From an uncultured Ruficoccus sp. (GTDB lineage: Bacteria > Verrucomicrobiota > Verrucomicrobiia > Opitutales > Cerasicoccaceae): a stretch of DNA of 64,000 nucleotides. This document shows, piece after piece, positions 40,058 to 49,133 of the stretch. Position 1 is the first letter of the stretch. The number at the start of each line of letters is the position of its first letter. Location of the stretch: positions 64,001-128,000 of the forward strand of contig OZ223519.1 of NCBI GenBank assembly GCA_965140785.1, read 5' to 3'. A model generated the notes under the pieces. The model was not told the DNA's origin, did not search any database, and saw only the letters and a list, made by a program, of their open reading frames with translations. Position numbers and translations under genes: made by a program.

Positions 40058-41293
40058 CTAAGTGGAAGTAGCCTCAATGAGCGTCTCAACCGGCGTGAAA
40101 GCAACATCCACACGGCCTAGCACCGTTGTTGTGTAGCACAGGTAGCGGTCTGAGGCGCAGAACTGGGGGTGGGGATGGACGTGGTAATTGCGTTGCGATT
40201 TAGTCGGACGTGGCATCTGTGAGACGATGTTTACTTCGTGCCCAGTTTTGCGATTCAGAAATGCAACCCGACTTTCGGAAGGAAGCTGCGGCGGCTGGGA
40301 ATCGGCGACCAGATAACTCCCGGTGCGGTCGGAATGGGCATGGGAGGCATGCGTGAGCGGCCAGACCAATTCCGGAATCGGCGAAGACACACACGCCCGC
40401 TCCACGCCGGTGCCATAGTGGACATACCAGACTTTTCTGCCATCGGCGTCCCACCACTCATGCCCGTGCATGGCACGACAATCCGTAGGGTGCCTGCTGG
40501 AGACGCCGTGAAGATGCTCATTTGTCATGGTCGTCTCACCCTTGTAGGGGATCGGCTGCGCAAAGAGCGGAGTGGCCTTTTTTTCGCGCCGGATCAGCCA
40601 GATTCTGTTCTCATAACCTGTGACGTTTCCTGTAATGGGGTGGACGGCGTAATCCTGGGCAATCATTTGAACGTCTGGATCCGTCGGACTAAACTGTCCA
40701 TGGTTATAGCAGCGGTCGAATCGCTGCCATAGTTCGACCTGGCTGCCGTCAAGAGGGATGCTTCCCACCAGCCATTCGGCTCCGAATTCAGCGTCGAAAT
40801 TGAGCGAACGCTTGTCCGCCGAAAACGTAAGATGGGTGGCAACCCGCACTGGCTGACGGCTGCGCGCGAGCTCTTGCGGCAGTCGATTAACCAGGCGAGG
40901 CTTATCGTCTCGACCGGGGCCACGTTTCCAAACCTCAAGGTTACTGCACCAGTAGACCTCTGCAGAGTCGGTATCAACCAGCGGCGATGCGTCCAGAAAC
41001 TGTGTCTCGGGAAAGTGCTCGATGCGTCCCCTGGCAAAGTCGCAAACGCCCAGCATGCGTCCTTGGCGACTACTGCCGCCCGGAGGGCATGCGAAGTAGA
41101 ACCAGCAGAAGCGCCCGTCCGCGCTCATGCCCGGGTTGACGAAATAGAAGGACTGCTGCAACTCGGCGACACGGGAAGTGAGGATGTAGCTGACAATTCC
41201 TGACTTCGGATCTTGCCAGGGGCTAACCAATGAGGACTTGGAAATGGTTGGCCTGCTCCGTTGCTGAGTGTTCGACAAAATAGTGGTTGACAT
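40058..41293 (-). CDS. Oligogalacturonate-lyase (PL22)-like beta-propeller protein
   Basis: W.DP.SG, SFYFVNPGMSADG, YNHGQFSPTDP, HEWWDADG and HPHPQF metal-binding motifs. Start likely MSTTIL at 41293. Confidence 0.65.
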   Translation of the reverse strand: MSTTILSNTQQRSRPTISKSSLVSPWQDPKSGIVSYILTSRVAELQQSFYFVNPGMSADGRFCWFYFACPPGGSSRQGRMLGVCDFARGRIEHFPETQFLDASPLVDTDSAEVYWCSNLEVWKRGPGRDDKPRLVNRLPQELARSRQPVRVATHLTFSADKRSLNFDAEFGAEWLVGSIPLDGSQVELWQRFDRCYNHGQFSPTDPDVQMIAQDYAVHPITGNVTGYENRIWLIRREKKATPLFAQPIPYKGETTMTNEHLHGVSSRHPTDCRAMHGHEWWDADGRKVWYVHYGTGVERACVSSPIPELVWPLTHASHAHSDRTGSYLVADSQPPQLPSESRVAFLNRKTGHEVNIVSQMPRPTKSQRNYHVHPHPQFCASDRYLCYTTTVLGRVDVAFTPVETLIEATST

Positions 41294-41309
41294 ACCTGAT
41301 GAAAACAGA

Positions 41310-41327
41310 TGACTTATCGGTAAGTCA
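41310..41327. promoter_or_regulatory. LacI-type palindromic operator TGACTTA-TCGG-TAAGTCA
   Basis: Perfect 7-bp arms around a central CG, in the 35-bp gap between the divergent PL22-like and LacI genes. Confidence 0.7.
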
Positions 41328-41328
41328 A

Positions 41329-42390
41329 ATGGATAAATCACCGACAGCAACACCATCCTGGCGTGTCACGATCGCAGATCTGGCCGAGGCTTTGGGCCTT
41401 AGCCGGGCCTCGGTTGCGGCGGCTCTTTCCAATAGCAGTGGGAATACCCGGGTCAGTGATGAAACCCGCAAGCGCGTCAGCGAAATGGCTGAGCGGATGA
41501 ACTACCGGGTCAACACCAGCGCCCGCGCGTTGAATCAGCGTGTGTTTAAAAATATCGGATTCTTTGCGGTAAAGAAGAATTCGGACGACTATACCTTTGC
41601 TGAGATGATTCTGGATGGCATCGCAGCGGCGGCGTCACGCCACGGGCAGAATGTCGTGCTGGTACGCATTCCGGAATACGTCATGGGCTCGGACAATATC
41701 CCGAGCGCGTTGCGGGAGGCGTGCCTTGATGCGCTTATCGTCGAGAATGTCGCCAACATGGGAAAGACATTCCGGGATGCGGTAGAGGCCAGTTCGATCC
41801 CGGTTGTTTATCTCAATGACAAGCGCCCGCAAAACTCTGTTTACGTGCAGGATGATAAGGCCGGGGCCATGATGACGGGCCATCTGATCAAACAGGGATT
41901 TAGTAAGATCGCGATACTGGCCCCGAATCTGAACAACAACCACTACAGCTTCATGGATCGCATCTGCGGGTATAAATCCACGATGCGTAAGGCCGGACTG
42001 GAACCGGTTGTCTGGGATTTTCCGAGCGAGAACTGGAAAGAGGCGACGGCCCGGATGCTGAATCTCAAAGATCGCCCGGACGCGATTTTCTGCGCGGACG
42101 ATCAGATTGCCCTTTGTCTTCAACAGATACTCTACAGGCTGAACATTCGGTTCCCGGAACAGTTGGCCATCGCCGGATGTAACGGCGAAGCGTTTTCCGC
42201 GCATTCGATGGTCCCTCTGACGACGTTGAAAATCCCGTTTCGGGAGATGAGCGAGGCGGCGGTGGATATGGCCATGAGCCTTGTGCGCGACAGGGCTCGC
42301 GGCTCGCTTCCCTCACTGAAGTTTGTTCCCGAACTGATTGTCGAAGAATCCACCCGTTTCTTTTCTCCCATAGACTCATTAACCCAATAA
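41329..42390 (+). CDS. LacI-family transcriptional regulator
   Basis: VTIADLAEALGLSRASVAAAL...RVSDETRKRV...NYRVNTSARAL; PDAIFCADD; PLTT; LIVEEST. Start could be 41299 or 41329. Confidence 0.93.
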   Translation: MDKSPTATPSWRVTIADLAEALGLSRASVAAALSNSSGNTRVSDETRKRVSEMAERMNYRVNTSARALNQRVFKNIGFFAVKKNSDDYTFAEMILDGIAAAASRHGQNVVLVRIPEYVMGSDNIPSALREACLDALIVENVANMGKTFRDAVEASSIPVVYLNDKRPQNSVYVQDDKAGAMMTGHLIKQGFSKIAILAPNLNNNHYSFMDRICGYKSTMRKAGLEPVVWDFPSENWKEATARMLNLKDRPDAIFCADDQIALCLQQILYRLNIRFPEQLAIAGCNGEAFSAHSMVPLTTLKIPFREMSEAAVDMAMSLVRDRARGSLPSLKFVPELIVEESTRFFSPIDSLTQ

Positions 42391-42405
42391 CTAAAATCTC
42401 TTATC

Positions 42406-43149
42406 ATGCATCCGTACACCCCAAATCATAAGCGTGCACCACTGGCATATCCGATTTCCGCAGTCGCTGTGGCGCTGCTCGGTCTGACATGCGCTCCGCT
42501 TGCCTCCGCCCAGTACACGATCACCACTAGTGTTAGCGACTTGGCCCCGACAGAAAATATCGCACTGAGCAATACCGCGACTCCCGGGGGAGTTGATCAA
42601 GACGCCACCTATGCATGGAAAGGCAAATCACCGACTGACTATCGCGACGTGACCCAGACATTTACGGTCGGGGCGGACGGTTTCTACCTCGATGCCTTTG
42701 CGATCAAGATTGGTAATGTCTATAGCTCCAGTGACGCGGGCTTTACCATGACGCTGAGTTCCTATGACAGCGCGACTGAGGAGCCGCTAGGCGAAGTTGT
42801 TTGGACTAACAGCGGTGTGCTTCCGACCGCAATGGCCACGGATCAGTACCTGACCTTTGACCTCGATGAAACATTTCTGGATGCGAATACCACCTACGGC
42901 ATAGCGATTTCGTATTCCGACTATACTCCATATCGGCAAGTCGGCTTCTACATCACCTATGGGAGCTCTCTGGATGGCGGGGCGTTATGGGGCTCCGACA
43001 ACAGCCATGACAACTGGGCCATTACGAATAACGATCTGACGCAGTTTTATCTGCTGGCAGCCGTTCCCGAGCCGTCCACCTGGGCGCTGATCTTTGCCTC
43101 CGGCGCGTTTGCTGTTGCACTGGGCGTGCGCCGCTTCCGCCGCAACTAA
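42406..43149 (+). CDS. PEP-CTERM surface protein
   Basis: Signal peptide ...APLASA; C-terminal VPEPSTWALIFASGAFAVALGVRRFRRN. Confidence 0.92.
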   Translation: MHPYTPNHKRAPLAYPISAVAVALLGLTCAPLASAQYTITTSVSDLAPTENIALSNTATPGGVDQDATYAWKGKSPTDYRDVTQTFTVGADGFYLDAFAIKIGNVYSSSDAGFTMTLSSYDSATEEPLGEVVWTNSGVLPTAMATDQYLTFDLDETFLDANTTYGIAISYSDYTPYRQVGFYITYGSSLDGGALWGSDNSHDNWAITNNDLTQFYLLAAVPEPSTWALIFASGAFAVALGVRRFRRN

Positions 43150-43168
43150 CCGCCTTACCTCATCAGTC

Positions 43169-44191
43169 ATGAAGACATTTACCTGCCTCGTTATGATGGC
43201 GGCAGCGACAGCTGTCGCTGCAAATCCCCTGCTGCGCAACGCGGATTTCTCTGCGGGTAAGGACGGATGGTCGCTGGAATTGCATAATTCCGCCAAGGCG
43301 ACATGGGATGTCGCCGGGAATCGCGGCTCCGCCCCATCATCTGTGCCCGCGGACGGGAATGCGCTCTGTGTATCCATGAGTACCGTCGAGGCCAAACCGT
43401 GGGATTATCAACTGATCCAGAGCGGGATCGCGCTCAAGCCGGACACTAGCTACGTGCTTTCGTTCTGGGCGAACTCGACGAAGGGGCAGGACATCGGCCT
43501 TTCAATCGGAGAAGGACAGGCTCCCTGGAATACGGCTGGCCTCAAGCAGTCTGCCGGGTTGGCTCCGGGGTGGAACTATTACAGTTATACCTTCAAAACC
43601 AATGCTCTGGCCGCGAATAACCCCCGCCTGGTTGTCAATCTAGGCTATGACGTGGGCAAACTGTGGATCACTGATTTTAAGCTCAGCCCCGAATCGGAAC
43701 CGGGCGTCAATCTGCTCAGGGACGGCAAGTTCGTCCGTGAGCAGGAGGAGTGGTCGACGCGGGGAACGCATCATCCCGGTTTTTCTGTCTCCTATCAAAG
43801 CGTGAAGTCGTTGTTGTCGGGCAGTTCCACTCCCGCGGTGACGGCAGACCAGCCTATTGCGGCCATACGCATCACCACGCCGGGCAAGAGTACGCTGGAT
43901 GTGAGCCTGAAGCAGAAGGCTATCGCCCTGAAGCCCGGTAAGCGCTATCGGCTGACCTTTCGCGCCTGCTCTTCCCAGCCGCGTGAGTTGCGTGTGCTGG
44001 CCCAGCAGGATCACAGTCCCTGGTCTTGGGCCGGACTGCGTGGAAGCGCCGAGCTGGGCGAGTCCTGGGAGACCTATCGCTACGAGTTTGTCGCGACCGA
44101 GGCGGCAAATGAGCCGTTGCAATTAAAGCTGGCGATGGGCGTGCCGAACGGAAATATCTGGATATCGGACCTGTCGCTTGAGCAGATCTAA
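43169..44191 (+). CDS. Secreted tandem CBM4/9-like carbohydrate-binding protein
   Basis: Signal peptide MKTFTCLV...AVA; two repeats LL.N/DG.F...QL.Q.GIALKP...Y.L.F.A...PW...G.LWI.D..L. No catalytic domain visible. Confidence 0.8.
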   Translation: MKTFTCLVMMAAATAVAANPLLRNADFSAGKDGWSLELHNSAKATWDVAGNRGSAPSSVPADGNALCVSMSTVEAKPWDYQLIQSGIALKPDTSYVLSFWANSTKGQDIGLSIGEGQAPWNTAGLKQSAGLAPGWNYYSYTFKTNALAANNPRLVVNLGYDVGKLWITDFKLSPESEPGVNLLRDGKFVREQEEWSTRGTHHPGFSVSYQSVKSLLSGSSTPAVTADQPIAAIRITTPGKSTLDVSLKQKAIALKPGKRYRLTFRACSSQPRELRVLAQQDHSPWSWAGLRGSAELGESWETYRYEFVATEAANEPLQLKLAMGVPNGNIWISDLSLEQI

Positions 44192-44203
44192 ACATAAACG
44201 GCT

Positions 44204-44839
44204 ATGATACCATGTCGATCAAGAGGGTTTTCCTTGGTAGAGATTCTGGTCTCATTGGCTGTCGTGGGGATTCTGTGTCTGATTACGGTGCCGGTCGTAG
44301 GAAACATGCGCCAACGCGCCCGGGAAGTGGAGTGCGCCTCCAACCTGCGTCAACTGCATGTGTATTTGAACATATTCATGCAGGATGAAAACGGTAAAAT
44401 CCCCGTTGCCTGGGACGGTTCGTCCGCATGGCTTGACGCCTATGCGTGGTACTTGCGCTACGCCCCGGAGAATGGGCCGGATGGTAATCTCGATATCCTG
44501 TGTTGCCCCGAGCAGGCCATGGAAGCTCCGACTGCCAGCCGTACCTACTCGATGAATTCACGGATCACCAACAGCTATTGGAATGCTTCCCCGGTCACGC
44601 TCTTCACTCTCGTGTATCCGGAGCGCACGCTTTTCTTGTCCGACGGGGTGAGCTCCGGTTCGGGTTTCGGAGGGGCGATCAGCGATAGCTCGCTGTCACG
44701 TCTGGAGCCGCCTCACAACGGGCGGGCCAATGTCCTCTTCTTCGACGGTCACGTCGAGAGCCTGAGCAAGGACGGCTACCCGACGGAGAATATCAACGAG
44801 CTCGGCAGCGCCGCTTCGATATTCTGGAACGGCCGATAG
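44204..44839 (+). CDS. Prepilin-type N-terminal methylation protein with H-X9-DG motif
   Basis: RGFSLVEILVSLAVVGIL...CASNLRQL and PHNGRANVLFFDGHVE. Confidence 0.9.
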   Translation: MIPCRSRGFSLVEILVSLAVVGILCLITVPVVGNMRQRAREVECASNLRQLHVYLNIFMQDENGKIPVAWDGSSAWLDAYAWYLRYAPENGPDGNLDILCCPEQAMEAPTASRTYSMNSRITNSYWNASPVTLFTLVYPERTLFLSDGVSSGSGFGGAISDSSLSRLEPPHNGRANVLFFDGHVESLSKDGYPTENINELGSAASIFWNGR

Positions 44840-44857
44840 CTCTTAATATTCAGATTA

Positions 44858-46657
44858 ATGCTCAAAAGTATTTTTATTTTATCTGCGACGGTACTCCTGT
44901 CCCCACTCGGTATGCACGCCTCGGAAGTCCCTCGCGGAACAGATATCTTTCCGCATGCGATCGAGAAGCTGGAGGTTAACTCTGCGTCTCCGCAAGAAGA
45001 TTATCTGGAAGTCCAAATGGTTGCGGTCGAAGGGCAGCCGTTCAATCAGGCGATCGAAGCCAAAACGCTGCAACAGACCGACTGGCCTTGGCACACACAG
45101 TTTCAGGCTGATGTACCGACCGCAGTCGATCACGGGGATGTCGTTTTGCTGGAGTTCTGGATGAGGACCCCCACGACTCAGGCTGAGAGCGGCGAAGGCA
45201 AAACACAGTTTACCTTCGAGCAAAAGGGTGGGGAGTTCGTCAAGTCCGTCGCGTATGATGCCAGTGCGGGTTCGAAATGGATGCACTTTCAAGTGCCCTT
45301 CCGGGTGCGCGGCGTAAAGGGCAAGGGCTTCGCGCCGGGAGAGGCGCAAATCTGCTTCCGCCTGGGGTATCGCCCGCAGACAATTCAACTGGCGGACATC
45401 CGGCTGACCAATTATGGTTCGGAGACGGAAGTGGAAAGCCTCCCCCGAACCAGCCGCAGCTATGCCGGACGCGAGGCCGATGTGCTCTGGCGTGCCCAAG
45501 CCCAGTCCCGCATTGAGGAGCTGCGTATGGCACCTCTGGTCATTCGTGTCGTGGACGCGGAGGGCAACCCGGTCAAAGGTGCGAGCGTCGATGTGCAAAT
45601 GACGCGGCATGCGTTTTTCTTCGGCAGCGCGATCAACCTTCAGTACTTCATGCGCCAGACCGTCAACGGCGAGCGTTACCGTGAGTTTGTACTCAAGCAC
45701 TACAATCAGGTTGCTCCTGAAAACGACCTGAAGTGGAACCGCTGGGAACGCGATGCGGGGGTCCGCCAAAACGTCATTGATGCGCTTTACATCCTGCGTG
45801 AACACGATATTCATGTGCGCGGTCACTGTCTGATCTGGCCGGGCTTCCGCGTGATGCCGCCTGACATCCGGAATATCATCGCGAATCGCGTGGCTTTGGA
45901 TGAACGTATCGAGCATCACTTTGAAGAGATTCTCGACCTTACGGATGGATTGGTTGACGAGTGGGACGTGGTGAACGAGCCGTATGCGGAACGTGCGATT
46001 CTGGATCGTTACGGCGACGCGTTAATCGGCGACTGGTTTCGGATGGCGCACGACATCTCACCTGAGCCGACGCTCTATCTCAACGACTATGCGGGGTTCA
46101 TCAACGGGGGCGATAACACCGCGCATAAAGACTATCTGGAGCAGTTGATCGCGGACTTGCTGGCGCAGGGCGTGCCCGTGCAGGGCTTGGGGATTCAGGG
46201 GCATTTTGGCAGCTTCGTCTGTCCGCCAGAGGCGATCCTGAAGGAGCTGGACCGGTTTGGGAAATTCGGGCTTCCCATCCAGATTACCGAGTTCGACATC
46301 GACTCAATGGACGAGAAACTGAAGGCCGATTACACCCGTGATTTTCTGACGGCCTGTTTCAGCCACCCCGGTGTCGTCGGTGTCAACACCTGGGGCTTTT
46401 GGGAGGGCGATCACTGGAAGCCGTCTGCGGCTCTGGTACGCAAGGACTGGACGCTCACTCCCTGGGGAGCCGTCTGGTTTGATTTGATTGAACGCGAGTG
46501 GTGGACGCATGAAACCGGAACGACGGACCGGGACGGACGCTTCAGCTTATCCGGCTTCTTAGGTGACTATGAGATCACGGTCGAGGGGGCAGGCAAGAAG
46601 GTATCTATTCCGGATTCGCTGGCCAAGGACCAGCCTGAACTTGTCATCGAGCTATAG
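44858..46657 (+). CDS. GH10 endo-1,4-beta-xylanase-like protein with N-terminal CBM-like domain
   Basis: PENDLKW, VRGHCLIW, WDVVNE, LYLNDY, GLGIQGH and IQITEFD GH10 motifs. Confidence 0.92.
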   Translation: MLKSIFILSATVLLSPLGMHASEVPRGTDIFPHAIEKLEVNSASPQEDYLEVQMVAVEGQPFNQAIEAKTLQQTDWPWHTQFQADVPTAVDHGDVVLLEFWMRTPTTQAESGEGKTQFTFEQKGGEFVKSVAYDASAGSKWMHFQVPFRVRGVKGKGFAPGEAQICFRLGYRPQTIQLADIRLTNYGSETEVESLPRTSRSYAGREADVLWRAQAQSRIEELRMAPLVIRVVDAEGNPVKGASVDVQMTRHAFFFGSAINLQYFMRQTVNGERYREFVLKHYNQVAPENDLKWNRWERDAGVRQNVIDALYILREHDIHVRGHCLIWPGFRVMPPDIRNIIANRVALDERIEHHFEEILDLTDGLVDEWDVVNEPYAERAILDRYGDALIGDWFRMAHDISPEPTLYLNDYAGFINGGDNTAHKDYLEQLIADLLAQGVPVQGLGIQGHFGSFVCPPEAILKELDRFGKFGLPIQITEFDIDSMDEKLKADYTRDFLTACFSHPGVVGVNTWGFWEGDHWKPSAALVRKDWTLTPWGAVWFDLIEREWWTHETGTTDRDGRFSLSGFLGDYEITVEGAGKKVSIPDSLAKDQPELVIEL

Positions 46658-46745
46658 ATAGGGGGTTGAATCCTCTCTCCTTGAATGTGATGATTTAAGT
46701 TTTATTATTAATAGTAATGTTCTTATGATTTCGTCGAAATTTGCT

Positions 46746-47054
46746 TTGAGGCCGCCAGCTTTCCTTTTGTTGGGCATGTTGGCGGGGTGGGGGAAGCTGC
46801 GAAGCGCTGACCTATGAACCGTCAGCAGCAAGTCATCGAGTATTTGGTTGAGGAGAACCGTACTCTCCGTGAGCAACTGAATATCCACGCCAAGGGCAAA
46901 CGCATTCGCTTCAACGCGAACCAGCGCAGGCGTTTGGCCGGGAAAGACCGTTGCCTGGGACGCAAGATGCTGATGAAGATCGCGACGCTGGTGACACCGG
47001 AGACGATCTACCGCTGGCATCGTCAACTCGTCGCTATGGCCTATACTCCGAAAG
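46746..47054 (+). mobile_element. 5' fragment of an rve transposase, with a 23-nt insertion
   Basis: LRPPAFLLLGMLAGW[insert 46791-46813]MNRQQQVIEYLVEENRTLREQL...LVTPETIYRWHRQL is homologous to 29750-30073. Confidence 0.85.
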
Positions 47055-47186
47055 GTCGGGATTATTCTGCTGCCCATGCGAGGCGGTCCGCATTCCTTCA
47101 ACCTGACGCCCGCCGGCCAGGATCTGCGGCCAGCGCTGCTGGATTTCCTGAAGGAGAACCTTGGCGAGCCACATCAAAAATCCTAG
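47055..47186 (+). pseudogene. 3' remnant of a probable alpha/beta-hydrolase (esterase)
   Basis: Hand translation VGIILLPMRGGPHSFNLTPAGQDLRPALLDFLKENLGEPHQKS* resembles the catalytic-His C-terminus of alpha/beta hydrolases. Confidence 0.4.
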
Positions 47187-47231
47187 TCAAAAAAACGCTC
47201 ATTCTCGTATCAATCCCTATACTGACGCCCC

Positions 47232-48179
47232 ATGAAAAGCCGATTCCTGCCTCCCTGTTTTATCGCTATCATTAGCTTGTCGTTTTGTTCTGTCTTTGCC
47301 ACCCCTGGATGGGCGCAGGACATTTCAACGGGCTTTGAAGACGGCAGCCTGTCTCCGTTCGGACTGGAGAGCCTTCCGGGAAACGTTTCCGAAGTTGTCA
47401 CGCCGACGGGTTTCTCCGCGCGCGCCGGTAATAAGGTCAACCGCATCGTCTGGTACGCGGACAATTACGAGGGCGCACGCACGGGGCGGAGCGTCGAGGG
47501 CCAATCCTACAAACTCGACCGCATCACGAGCGAAGGTTGGTACGGCTTCAGCTTTTACGCCCCAGAATCCTTTCCCGTTCCGGACAAACGGATGGTGCTG
47601 GCGCAGATTATTGCCTGGGATCCCAGCTTACCCAATACGAACATTACCATCACGGTCGGCGTGAATGCGCTCGGTGCCCTCATCCTTGAAGGGGCGTATG
47701 GCGTGGGCGACGGTGCCAAAGATGTCAGCGTGTACACCCCGATTGCGCCCGTGTTGACCAAAAACACTTGGCACGACGTGATCCTGTACTGCAACTTTTC
47801 GCGTGACAACACCGGTATCCTGCAAGCCTGGTATGACGGCGCTCCCGAGTCGTCCCCGACCATTTCGGCCACGGGTATCAACCTTGGCAATGGCGCGTGG
47901 ACGGACGACAACACACTGACGACCGGGGGCTACATCAAATGGGGCCCCTACTGCTATGACAGTGCCAACTATGTGCCGGGCGAAAGCCGCGAGATTTACT
48001 ACGATGAAATTTCGTACCTCGTGGGTAATCCCGAAGGGGCGTTCGACCTGGTCAAGGCAGAGGGCTACGGCACGATCCCGGAGGGAAGCTCGACGCCTTT
48101 GATTCTTGCGCTCGCGGCTTTGTTGGTGGCTGTTTTGCCTCGGAGGGGTAAAATAGCTCTGCGAGCGATTGTTGAATGA
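47232..48179 (+). CDS. PEP-CTERM-anchored polysaccharide-lyase-like (jelly-roll) protein
   Basis: Signal peptide; GFEDG, R..E, WYGFSFYAP, LAQ, WHDVI, YIKWGPY and REIYYDEI resemble the Polysacc_lyase fold; IPEGSS + TM + RRGK. Confidence 0.7.
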   Translation: MKSRFLPPCFIAIISLSFCSVFATPGWAQDISTGFEDGSLSPFGLESLPGNVSEVVTPTGFSARAGNKVNRIVWYADNYEGARTGRSVEGQSYKLDRITSEGWYGFSFYAPESFPVPDKRMVLAQIIAWDPSLPNTNITITVGVNALGALILEGAYGVGDGAKDVSVYTPIAPVLTKNTWHDVILYCNFSRDNTGILQAWYDGAPESSPTISATGINLGNGAWTDDNTLTTGGYIKWGPYCYDSANYVPGESREIYYDEISYLVGNPEGAFDLVKAEGYGTIPEGSSTPLILALAALLVAVLPRRGKIALRAIVE

Positions 48180-48182
48180 TGC

Positions 48183-48260
48183 TGGGGTGGTAGACCGGAT
48201 TTGAACCGGCGACCCTCGGTACCACAAACCGATGCTCTAACCAACTGAGCTACTACCACC
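48183..48260 (-). tRNA. tRNA-His (GTG)
   Basis: Reverse complement G-GTGGTAG-TA-GCTC AGTTGGTTA GAGC-A-TCGGT TTGTGGT ACCGA-GGGTC-GCCGG TTCAAAT CCGGT-CTACCAC-C-CCA: full cloverleaf with G-1 and encoded CCA. Confidence 0.98.
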
Positions 48261-48449
48261 GTAACCAGAAGTCAGAAAGCAAATGAGTGAGCGTAGGCCT
48301 TGTCAATCCTTTCGAACGTTTAAATTATTTTTCTGCATTTGATGGGGTGGGGGCTGCTGCGGTCGGCTTGGAGCCCTCATCAGCCCTCCAGTTCATTCAT
48401 GCTGGGTGCTCTTGGCTACTCTGCTCCGTTGCGAAGTTTGCGTCCGGGC

Positions 48450-49133
48450 CTAGCGTATATAGGTTTCGATCCATTCGCCGGCGCGACTGCGGCAGGCCTG
48501 CATGAACTCGGGGCTGGGCGGAGCGGTTTCGCGCAGGGCGGGGGAGAGGGCGTTTTTCGGCTCGAAGCTTTGCAAGTAATAGACTTGGCCGCCGCTCAAC
48601 TCACGGGCGATTGAGACGATATCGTCCGCCGTGTGGATGGCAGGGACCACGGTGGTACGAAACTCGCAGGGCAGGCCACAGTGCTTGAGCAGGTCGATCG
48701 ACTCGCGCAGCAGGCGCATGGGGACGGGCTTGCCGGCGGCTTCGTCGTAGCGGTCGAGGGGCGACTTCACATCGAGGGCGATGTGGTCGATGAGGTTTTC
48801 GCGCAGGAGCTTGCGCAGGACGCCGGGGCGGGTGCCGTTGGTGTCGAGTTTGACGAGGAAGCCGAGCGACTTGATGGTGGCCAGGAACTCGGGCAAGTCG
48901 GTGTGCTGGGTCGGCTCGCCGCCGGTGACGGTGACCGCCGCGACTTTGCCCTTGCGGCGCAGCAGCAAGTCCCAGCACTCGGCCTCATCGACGGGGTTAC
49001 GGCAGTGGGAGCTGATCAGTTCGCCGTTGTGGCAGTAGGGGCAGCACAGGTTGCAGCCCTGGGTAAAGATGGTGCAGCAGGTTTGTCCCGGAAAATCTAC
49101 CAGGGAACAGCGCTGAAGGCCGGCGAGTAGCAT
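48450..49133 (-). CDS. nrdG: Anaerobic ribonucleoside-triphosphate reductase activating enzyme (radical SAM)
   Basis: SLVDFPG...FTQGCNLCCPYCHN, TGGEPT, KLDTNG and EFRTT; downstream of nrdD. Start MLLAG at 49133. Confidence 0.93.
   Translation of the reverse strand: MLLAGLQRCSLVDFPGQTCCTIFTQGCNLCCPYCHNGELISSHCRNPVDEAECWDLLLRRKGKVAAVTVTGGEPTQHTDLPEFLATIKSLGFLVKLDTNGTRPGVLRKLLRENLIDHIALDVKSPLDRYDEAAGKPVPMRLLRESIDLLKHCGLPCEFRTTVVPAIHTADDIVSIARELSGGQVYYLQSFEPKNALSPALRETAPPSPEFMQACRSRAGEWIETYIR

Noticed and set aside
46814..47275. 153-aa ORF as an intact gene
   Set aside because: Transposase 5' fragment reading through into another frame of an unrelated gene remnant.
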